Part shown: positions 54,052 through 64,000 of the stretch, piece by piece
Position numbering within the stretch: position 1 is the first letter of the stretch
How the letters are laid out: each line of letters opens with the position of its first letter
NCBI GenBank assembly: GCA_028826165.1
Contig: JAPDFW010000103.1
Location: 62,001-126,000 of the forward strand
From: Anaeramoeba ignava BMAN
Taxonomy: Eukaryota > Protista > Anaeramoebae
Direction of reading: 5' to 3'
Length of the DNA stretch: 64,000 nucleotides
Translations under genes and position numbers: made by a program
The notes under the pieces: generated by a model
What the model was told of the DNA's origin: nothing
The model's input: the letters and a program-made list of their open reading frames with translations, nothing else
The model's database searches: none

Positions 54052-57000
54052 TTAATCGTAATTTTCATTCACATTCACATTATCATTAACATTATCATTT
54101 TCTTTATTATCATTGATATTAATATTAATATTAATCTCTTTCTGTAAATGATTTGGATGATCTTCAATATCAGATGTAAGTTCAATATCATCTTCAGTCA
54201 TTTTATCAACTTCCAATGTATCAAAAGGCGACTTGACAAAATGAAGTTCATCAAGAGAAATGGAAATTGGATAAGTAAACTTTCCCAAACTTGGATCATA
54301 AACAATTTTATCAATTTCTTCACCAAATTTTCTGGCCAATCGCTTGAAAATGGCTTTTTCGTTTGAATATTTTGAATGAAAAACTGATCTGAAAAAAGAT
54401 CCAATTTTTGATCCAAGAAAATATATAACAGCAATGATACAAATTAGAATCAAACCAAGATAAGGAAATTTATGTGCATCAAAATTTGTAGTTAAACTAA
54501 TTTGAGGGAGAATTTTGAAAAAACCGTTAGTTTGCTGAAAGGAAAACCAAAGAAGATTAGCAAAAGAATGAAGAAGGAATACTTTGGAAAAAAAAAAAAA
54601 AAAAAAGGAATTGAGAAAAGAAAAATGAGACATTTTGAAAAATGGATTTTTTTTGTTTTAGATTTACACCAAGGAAGAAGCGACATTGCATGAGTATGAA
54701 CACCACTTGATAAATGCCTTGCATTTCTCCAAGTTCTGAGAACATTCAATTTAATAAACAAGAAATTAAGAATCAAAGAAATCAAGCCCGTTATTCCAGC
54801 CAAGGGAACAGAACCAATAAAGATGAAAGATAACGTCATTGTTTTCAGAACTGTTGTATAAAGCTTTGCAAGAGATACTTGAGATGGAGTGTATGATTTG
54901 TTCAATCTTGCTTGTGTCTGAGCTTTTCTTCTTCCTCTCCATCTCCGGAAAGATGCCATCAATCTAACGCTAAAAACATTTAAAATTGGGAGTAATATTG
55001 CATCTCCAATAAGTGTCATAATGATAACTGATGCATATGAATATGTCTCAAGAAATTTCCCAGTTCCTGCTGAAAAGAAAACAACTCCCACTGAATTGAT
55101 AATTTGCAGAAACAAAATCTTTGTAACTTGTGATTCTTGAATTTCGGTTTTTGTTAATTTTTTGGTAAAATTTGAAACTTCTAAAAAATGTGGAATAAAA
55201 AGAAAAAAAAATTTTTTTTTTTTGAGAATTTTTTTGAGAATTTTTTTTTTCTTTATCAACTTACTAACAATTAAATAAACAATAAGCCGATTTGTTGCTA
55301 AAATGGCTACTGAAATGAGAAAGGAGAAGACAAATCGATTTTTTTTTGATCCATATCGACTTAAAACTAAAAAAAATCAAAAACAGAAAATTTTTAATCA
55401 AAACAAAAAAAAAGTAAATGAGAAAAAAAATTTACCAAAAATAAGTCCTCCATTTGCACAGATTAAAAGTATACAAAGAAGATTAATTGCAACAGATCTC
55501 CAAAATCTTTGACTTCGAGAAAATTCCATATTCTGCCAAATTATATCTTGAATTTCTGGAGCTTTTGACACTTTGAGGCGAATTTTGTCCCGAAATTTGG
55601 GGACTTCAATACAACATGAACATAAAAACCTTTTAAGAAAGGAATGAGAAAAAGAATAAGCGCATCGAGAAGCATCAAATACTTTTTCATAAGTAACAAA
55701 ACAATGTCCAGTGCATTTATAAGAATTCTCAGCTAATTTTTCAATTTTTTCTTCAATTTGATTAATTTTTGAATCAAGACTTGAAAGAACTTCTTGACTA
55801 TAAAGAATTTTTTCTTGTTTCTATTTTTTTTAATTAAGTTTTTTAAAATGAGGAAAAAATTCTTTCTTTTTTCTTTTTTTTTGTTTTTTTTTGGATTTAA
55901 TCAAAAAAATCAAACTTTTGTTCTTAATTTTTCAAGAATTTTTGATTCTTTCAAAATGGGCTTAAGATTATAAACAATGCACACATCAACTACTTTTCCC
56001 CATTGAGAAAAAAAATGTTTAATTTCTCTTGGATTAGTTGCATCTTCAGGAAGATTAGAAACATGAATAGTAAAAGATGAAATTACTCGATGAGCTTGTT
56101 GATGAATTGCTTGATATTTAGTGATTATTGTGGACATTCCATTAGAAAAAGAAAATAAAATCACCCAAGAAATTGCAAATTGAACAATAGCTTGTTTCCA
56201 TACTTTCCAATCACATCCTTTAATCATTTATTTTAATAAAGAAAAAGATGATTGTGAATTTTTTTTTTAAATGAAAAATTGATTTGATTTAATTTAATTT
56301 AATTTGATTTAATTTGATTTGATTTGATTTGATTTAATTTAATTTAATTTAATTTAATTTAATTTAATTTGATTTGATTTGATTTGATTTGATTTGATTT
56401 GATTTGATTTGATTTAATTTGATTTAATTTGATTTGATTTAATTTAATTTAATTTGATTTGATTTAATTTGATTTAATTTGATTTGATTTGATTTAATTT
56501 GATTTAATTTGATTTAATTTAATTTAATTTGATTTGATTTAATTTAATTTAATTTAATTTAATTTAATTTGATTTAATTTAATTTGATTTAATTTAATTT
56601 AATTTAATTTAATTTAATTTGATTTAATTTAATTTGATTTGATTTAATTTAATTTAATTTGATTTAATTTAATTTGATTTAATTTAATTTGATTTAATTT
56701 AATTTGATTTGATTTGATTTGATTTAATTTGATTTGATTTAATTTAATTTGATTTGATTTGATTTGATTTAATTTAATTTGATTTTATTTTATTTTGATT
56801 TGATTTGATTTGATTTGATTTGAATTGATTTGATTTGATTTGATTTAATTTGATTTGATTTGATTTAATTTGATTTAGATTTAATTTGATTTGATTTGAT
56901 TTAATTTAATTTGATTTGATTTGATTTAATTTGATTTAATTTGATTTGATTTGATTTAATTTAATTTAATTTGATTTGATTTAATTTAATTTAATTTGAT

Positions 57001-58339
57001 TTGATTTAATTTGATTTGATTTGATTTAATTTGATTTAATTTGATTTGATTTGATTTTTACTTGAATTATTTCCAAGTGTTGTTACTGTCCAAAATCCAT
57101 AAGTATCAAAATTTAGACAATGTGTATCAGTTGTTCCTTGTGTATTAAAATAGATATTGATAATTGAGAGAAAAGTAATTAACAAGAAGACAAAAATCAT
57201 TCTCCACTAAATTTTTACAAAATTAAAATCAATTAAAATCAATTAAAATTTAAATTAAAATTTAAATTAAAATTGAAATTTACTAAATATCCAAAAAAAA
57301 GTCCAATTCCAAGTCCAATTTCTGGATTCACTTTTCTTATTATAGTTTTCCAATAAGGTAATAAATTATAAACTCCAAGTTTTGAATCATAATTACTATA
57401 CATTCTTGAAATCTTGTATTGTTTTGCCTTATTTCTTGAATCTTCCTGATCAACAATTTCCATTTTTTCTTCATTCTCAAAATTTTGATTTTGATTTTGA
57501 TTTTGATTTTGATTTTGATTTTGATTTTGATTTTCATTTTGATTTTGATTTTGATTTTGATTTTGATTTTGATTTTGATTTTCAATTTTATTGAAATTTT
57601 TCTTAACGGCAGTTAATTTGTCAATTCGAAGAGAATTTCTTTTGTTTCTGATTACTTGAACCAAAGGACTTTTTGTGAGTGTAAGAGAAATACTTCTTTT
57701 TCCTCTTATTCCTGATTTTATATTTTGGGATTTCTGGTTTGTAATCTTTGGAATTTCTGGTTCAAAACCAGCAACTTCTAATTCATTTTGAGATTTTGGG
57801 TTTTCAAGATCATTCAAATCAATTAAAGAAAGCGTGTCATCATTTTCTTTATCATTTTCTTTATCATTTTCTTTATCATTTTCTTTATCATTTTCTTTAT
57901 CATTTTCTTTATCATTTTCTTTATCATTTTCTTTATCATTTTCTTTATCAATTTCGAAATATTGTTCGTTTTGTTGATTTTGTTTGGGGATATTTTCCAC
58001 ATTTAATTTTTCTTCTTTAATTTCAATTCCGTTTTCTTCTTTATCATTTCCAAAATATTGTTCATTTTCTTCTTGAATTTCAATTCCGTTTTCTTCTTTA
58101 TCATTTCCAAAATATTGTTCATTTTCTTCTTGAATTTCAATTCCATTTTCTTCTTTATTTTCAAAATATTGTTCATTTTCTTCTTGATCAATTAATTCTT
58201 CAAGATCACTTTCCTTTTTGATTTTTTCCCATTTCTTTTCAAGTTTTTGTTCATCTTTTATTTCTGTTTGAATTTCTTCTTCTTTTTGTTCTTGTTTTTC
58301 AAATTCATTTTCAGAAATTGTTTCTTGATTATCATTCAT
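54052..58339 (-). CDS. CSC1/OSCA/TMEM63-like multi-pass membrane channel (multi-exon)
   Basis: FTIHVSNLP...HFFSQWGKVVDVCIVYN, CTGHCFVTY, KVSKAPEIQDIIWQNM, several TM segments; acidic repetitive N-terminus. Confidence 0.75.
56278..57055. repeat. Intronic (GATTT/AATTT)n pentamer microsatellite
   Basis: About 780 bp of two-variant pentamer. Confidence 0.95.
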
Positions 58340-58669
58340 TTCAAATTTTAAAAAAAAAAAAAATTTAATAATAAAATTAAAAAGAGATTATAAAATTAGA
58401 AAGAAAAAAATGAGATTTTAATGTTTGATTAAAAGGAATTTAATAAAAAATTTTTTTAAAAAGATGGTAAAAAGGTTTAAAAATAAAACCAAAAAAAAAA
58501 TAACTTTTTTTTCCAAGATCAATTCCTTTTTTTTTTTTGGTTTTATTTACTTCTTAAAAGAAAAAGAAAAAGAAAGGAAAACAACAAATCAAAATTAATT
58601 TATTCAATTTTTTTTTTTATTATTTAAATTTGATGATCAAAAAGAAAATGGCAAATTGATTTTAAAAAG

Positions 58670-60670
58670 AAATAAAATTAATTTTATTTATTATTTTGCA
58701 ATAAAATTAAATAAAGATTAATTTTAAAAATGAATTTATTATTAACATTAAATTATTATTATTAAAAATAAAGAGATAAAATAATTAAAATATTTTATTT
58801 ATTATTTTATTTAATTTTTAATTATAATTAATTAATTATTTTGTAATAAATTTAAATAAGAAATAATTTTAAAAAGAATTTATTATTAATATTAAATTAT
58901 TATTATTAAAAATAATGAAATAAATTAAATAAAATATTTTATTTATTATTTTATTTAATTTTTAATTATAATTTATTTATTATTTTACAATAAATTTAAT
59001 TAAAAATAATTTTAGAAAAGAATTTATTATTAATATTAAATTATTATTATTAAAAATAATGAAATAAATTAAATAAAATATTTTATTTATTATTTTATTT
59101 AATTTATAATTATAATTAATTTATTATTTTGTAATAAATTTAAATAAAAATTAATTTTAAAAAGAATTTATTATTAATATTAAATAAATATTATTAAAAA
59201 TAAAATAATTAATTAATTAAAATATATTTTTATTTATTATTTATTTTATTTATTTTTAATTATAATTAATTAATTTTTTTACAATAAATTTAATTAAGAA
59301 ATAATTTTAAAAATGAATTTATTATTAATATTAAATTAATATTATTAAAAATAAAGAAATAAATTAATTAAAATATTTTATTTATTATTTTATTTAATTT
59401 TTAATTATAATTAATTAATTATTTTATAATAAATTTAAATAAAGATTAACTTTAGAAAAGAATTTATTATTAATTATTAAATTATTATTATTAAAAATAA
59501 AAGAAATAAATTAATTAAAATATTTTATTTATTATTTTATTTAATTTTTAATAATAATTAATTAATTATTTTGTAATAAATTTAATAAAAATAATTTTAA
59601 AAAGAATTTATTATTAATATTAAATTATTATTATTAAAAAAATAAAATAATTAATTAATTAAAATATTTTATTTATTATTTTATTTAATTTTTAATTATA
59701 ATTTATTATTATTATTTTGTAATAAATTTAAATAAAAATAATTTTAAAAAGAATTTATTATTAATATTAAATTAATATTATTAAAAAATAAAAGAAATAA
59801 ATTAATTAAAATATTTTATTTATTATTTTATTTAATTTTTAATTATAATTAATTAATTATTTTTTGTAATAAATTTAAATAAAAATAATTTTAAAAAGAA
59901 TTTATTATTAATATTAAAATTATTATTATTAAAAAAATAAATGAAATAAAATAATTAATTAATTAAAATATTTTATTTATTATTTTATTTAATTTTTTAA
60001 TTATAATTTATTAATTATTTTGTAATAAATTTAAATAAAGATTAATTTTAAAAAGGATTTATTATTAATATTAAATTATTATTATTAAAAAATGAAGAAA
60101 TAAATTAAATAAAATATTTTATTTATTATTTTATTTAATTTTTAATTATAATTAATTTATTATTTTGTAATAAAATTAAATAAGAAATAATTTTAAAAAG
60201 AATTTATTATTAATAATAAATTATTATTATTAAAATAAAAAGAAATAAATTAAATAAAATATTTTATTTATTATTTTATTTAATTTTTAATTATAATTTA
60301 TTTATTATTTTACAATAAATTTAAATAAAAATAATTTTAAAAAGAATTTATTATTAATATTAAATTATTATTATTAAAAATAATGAGATAAAATAATTAA
60401 AAATATTTTATTTATTCATTTACTTAATTTTTAATTTTTTTAAAACCATTAATTTATTTATTTTTTTTTAAATAAATTTAAATAAAAATAATTTTAGAAA
60501 AGAATTTATTATTAATATTAAATTATTATTATTAAAAATAAAGAAATAAATTAATTAAAATATTTTATTTATTATTTTATTTAATTTTTAATTATAATTA
60601 ATTTATTATTTTGTAATAAAATTAATTAAGAAATAATTTTAAAAAGAATTTATTATTAATAATAAATTAT
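58670..60670. repeat. ~147-bp almost pure-AT satellite, about 14 copies
   Basis: GAATTTATTATTAAT recurs about every 143-157 nt from about 58730 to 60650. Confidence 0.9.
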
Positions 60671-60704
60671 TTAATTTTCATTTTTTTCATTTCCATTTAA
60701 AAAA

Positions 60705-61964
60705 ATGAATCAACAAAATAAAATTAAAATTCTTTTATTTGGTTCAACTGGTTTTATTGGTAAAAAAGTTTCTAGTCTTATTGAAACAGATTTTCCACAA
60801 ATTGAAATAATCAATTCTCAATCAAGACTTGAAAACACACAAGATGTAGCAAAAGAACTAGATCTTATTCAACCAGATCGAGTTATAAATGCAGCAGGAA
60901 TTGTAAATTGAGAAAAAAAAAACAACATCAAATTACCACAAATTTCAAAAGAAAAAAAATTATTAGTTTGAAAATATTCTTTGAAATATTGACGGAAACC
61001 ATTTTATATTGGAATCCATTATAAAAGACAGGAATACCAAACGTAGATTGGTGTGAATCTCATAAACAAGAAACTTTAAGAGTCAATTTGGTTGGATCTC
61101 TTGCACTTATAGATTCATGTTGGAAAAGGAATATTCACATCATTCAGTTTGGAACTGGATGTATTTATCAATACGATGAAAATCACAAAGAAAATTCAGG
61201 AAACAAATTCACAGAAAAAGATCCACCAAATTTTTTTGGTTCTTATTATTCAAAAACAAAAGGAATTTTTCAAGATGTTTATTTTCAATCTCTTTTAAAT
61301 AACAAAAACAAATTCAATAACATTCAATATACCAATTAAGTTTTGAACTGCTGTTTTTATTTATATCTTTTTTTAGTTGTTGGATATTTTTGATAATGTT
61401 CTTTTATTAAGAATTCGGATGCCAATTACTTCCCATCTTGAGGATTCCAAAAATTTAATTTCCAAATTAATTAAATATTCAAAAGTTGTTAATATCCCAA
61501 ATTCTATGTCAGTTTTGGAAGATCTTCTTCCTGTTATGGTTGATATGTGTATTAAGAAGGTTGTTGGTGTTTTTAATTTTACAAATCCTGGTTCAATTTC
61601 ACATAATGAGATTTTAACTTTATATCAAAAAGTGTGTTTTTTTAATTAAAATTAAAATTCAAAAAATTTAAAAAATTAAAATGTGCTTAATTTATTCGTT
61701 TTCAAAGTTTATTGATCCAAATTTTAAATGGGAAAATTTTTCAATTGAAGAACAAAACAAAATTCTTAAAGCAGAACGTTCTAATAATGAACTTGTAAAA
61801 AAGAAAAATACAAAATAATAAATTTTTATTCATTTTCCAATTTTCAAATTAAATCATTTTAGGATTCTTCAAAATTACTTGAAATTTATCCAGATATTCC
61901 ACATATAAAAGATTCAATGATTAAAGTTTTTGAAAGAATAAAAAAATCAATAAAAAATCAATAA
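60705..61964 (+). CDS. NDP-4-keto-6-deoxyglucose 3,5-epimerase/4-reductase (NRS/ER, rhamnose synthesis), 5 exons
   Basis: GSTGFIG, INAAGI|TGIPNVDWCESHKQET, GTGCIY, PNFFGSYYSKTK, LRIRMPI, NFTNPGSISHNEIL, AERSNNEL. Confidence 0.93.
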
Positions 61965-62009
61965 AAAATTTCCTTTTTCAAATTTATTTTCAAATTTTTA
62001 TTTTGTTTT

Positions 62010-64000
62010 TTAAACTAATTTTTTAAGAGAATCTTTAAGATGATCTTTTGGTGTTTTTCCATCTCTTTCATCTTTCAAATTAAAATCAACTTTGGCTTCT
62101 TTCAATAAATTAATCATTTCTTCTGTTATTGAAGGATTCTTGCAAAGTAAATGTAATAATGAAGTCTAAAATAAGGTTATAAAAAATTTTTTATTATTTG
62201 AATTGAATTGAATTAAAAATTTTATCATTTTACTGCCTATTTTTTAATCCAAGTTAAAAGAAAAAATTTAATATAAAGTTTGTTTTGATTTGATTTTTGG
62301 ATTACTTTCTAATAAATCCAAAATTTATTTAAGAAAAAATAATTTGGAATTTTTTATTAATTTATTTACATCCTATTTCATAAATTATTTAATATTTCAT
62401 TAATTAATTCCCAAAAAAAATTTATAAATAATTACTTCCTGTTTATCATTTTCCAAAAAAAAAAAATAATTCCAAATTTTAATCAATGAAAATGGAATAA
62501 TTTTACTTTCTATCAAAAAGAAAATATTTAGAAAGAAAACTTTTAAAAAAGAGAAAAAAATAAATCTTATTTACTCCCTAATAAATAAAATTAATCATTT
62601 AAATTGGAAAAAAAAAAAGTAAAATATTTTTCAAATTGTTTACAGTCTATTAATTTATTTAGATAAATTCCATCAATAAAAAAAAGATTTTGGAATTATT
62701 TAAAATTTTTTTTTTACTTTTTGTAAATTTAAATCAATTTCTTTTTCAATTAAAATTCTAATAATATCTGTTGTGATTGATTTATTTTTGCATAAACAAT
62801 GAAGTGGAGACCACTAAATAATGTAAAAAAAAAACAAAGGAAAAAAAGAATTTGGATTATTCCTTTTTTGTGATTATTTCTCTCTTTTTTTTACATGCTA
62901 TTTTTCAAATTTACTAAATCAAAACCATTTTGATTTGAAAAGAATTCATTGAAATTTTTTACAATCTGTTTAAACATTATGAGATTTTTCACAATTCTTT
63001 TCAAATAATAGAATAAATTTACCATCTATTTTGATTTCAAAGTGAGAAAAAAAAGTTTATTCTTGTATCTTCAAATTTCGGATATATTTTTTTTTAATTC
63101 ATTATCATATTTACTGTCTGTTTTGATTTGGATTTTAAATTTAAAAAAAAAACTATTTTGTTTTTTGTTTAATAGAAATGGAAAAATTACACACTATAAA
63201 TTTGATTATTTAATTTAGATCTCGAAAATGAAAATCAAAAATGTATTTACAGCCTATTTCAAATTATGTGTATTTCTTTAACAATAAACAAAAAAATTCA
63301 GAAATTTAATTTACTCTCTTTTCATCAACAAAAAATTACTAAATTTCTTTCTCTTTTTTCCAGAAATTTATTATTTACTTCCTATTTAAAAAAAATGTAA
63401 ACAAAATTAGAAATTTTTCTAAATTAAATTGATTCATTTTCCTTACAAGCTATAATTTTGAAACAACAAAGAAGAAGAAGAAGAAGAAGAAATTGTTTAT
63501 TCAATTTTGATTTATCAAATTTTATAATAATTTACTCTCTATTTTGATTTTAAATGATAAAATTATCATTTTGTTTTATGAATTTTGATGTTTTTTTTTT
63601 GTTGATTTAGAAAGTTTACATATTGAATATGGAAATCAGCTCCTTTATCAAATAATAATTGAACCATATCTTTAGTAATTGATGTATTTTCACATAAATC
63701 ATGTAAAGGTGTCCACTTTTTGTTTTTTGTTTTAAAAAAAAATAAATAAAAATAGATTCATTTTTAATTATATATTATTTACATCCTAAATTAAAACAAA
63801 ATTTATAATCAATATATTAAAAAAGAGAAAACAGGAAGAGAAATGTTTTTGTTTTTACAAACTTTTATTGTAAAATTTTTATTATTAAAACTTGAAATCT
63901 TCCTAGATAATATTTTTTTTAGGAAAAACAAAATTATTTACAAACTAATTCAAGAAAAATAAAATTTTCTAAATCTTTATCAATTTTTCTTTGATATCTT
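62010..64000 (-). CDS. Ankyrin-repeat protein (3' part); repeat exons 63715-63620 and 62813-62718, last exon 62165-62010, with 3-nt micro-exon arrays between them
   Basis: [32 protein letters not shown]; [32 protein letters not shown]; [43 protein letters not shown]...stop; all phase-0 AG/GT bounded. Confidence 0.88.
62234..62646 (-). other. Micro-exon array A: seven 3-nt exons
   Basis: Transcript order: ACT 62644-46, GGA 62575-77, AAA 62507-09, GAA 62436-38, GAT 62370-72, AAA 62306-08, GCA 62234-36 (T,G,K,E,D,K,A); each AG|NNN|GTAA. Confidence 0.8.
62895..63538 (-). other. Micro-exon array B: ten 3-nt exons
   Basis: AGA 63536-38, CTT 63447-49, GAA 63379-81, AGA 63315-17, GCT 63251-53, TGT 63191-93, ACA 63115-17, ATG 63023-25, ATT 62963-65, CAT 62895-97 (R,L,E,R,A,C,T,M,I,H); each AG|NNN|GTAA. 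Confidence 0.8.
63783..63944 (-). other. Micro-exon array C (partial): at least three 3-nt exons
   Basis: TTT 63942-44, TTT 63859-61, GAT 63783-85; each AG|NNN|GTAA; may continue beyond the window. Confidence 0.72.

Noticed and set aside
62911-62920. TTACTAA sites (also about 63337) as extra micro-exons
   Set aside because: AG and GT overlap (TTAGTAA on minus), so no 3-nt exon exists, and they break the regular spacing; not counted

Overview
Very AT-rich eukaryotic (protist) DNA with the standard genetic code, GT-AG introns, short intergenic spacers and many microsatellite-filled introns. The gene content and style resemble an anaerobic metamonad such as Anaeramoeba; this is inference only. 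About 24 genes are recognisable: BTB-TLDc x2, Kelch-BTB, CAP-Gly, proteasome alpha-3, Trf4-like polymerase, Vps41-like, WD40, BTB-ARM, a prokaryote-like flavoprotein, E2F/DP, RRP40, Rab, LRR-TKL kinase, FIP1, GRWD1, two CCCH-PARPs, a REX exonuclease plus decayed copies, OSCA/TMEM63-like, NRS/ER and an ankyrin gene. The main finding, invisible in the ORF track, is the ankyrin gene at 62010-64000 (-). Its 96-nt (32-codon) repeat exons are separated by arrays of 3-nt single-codon micro-exons (7, 10 and at least 3). Each is framed AG|NNN|GTA, they lie about 70 nt apart, and none is a stop codon. This is a candidate splicing-based system for choosing the residue(s) at the ankyrin hairpin. Also notable: a Sola2-like transposon with a USP deubiquitinase domain inside a proteasome-gene intron, a one-ARM-repeat-per-exon tandem array variable only in helix 3, and a duplicated divergent CCCH-PARP/exonuclease cassette.
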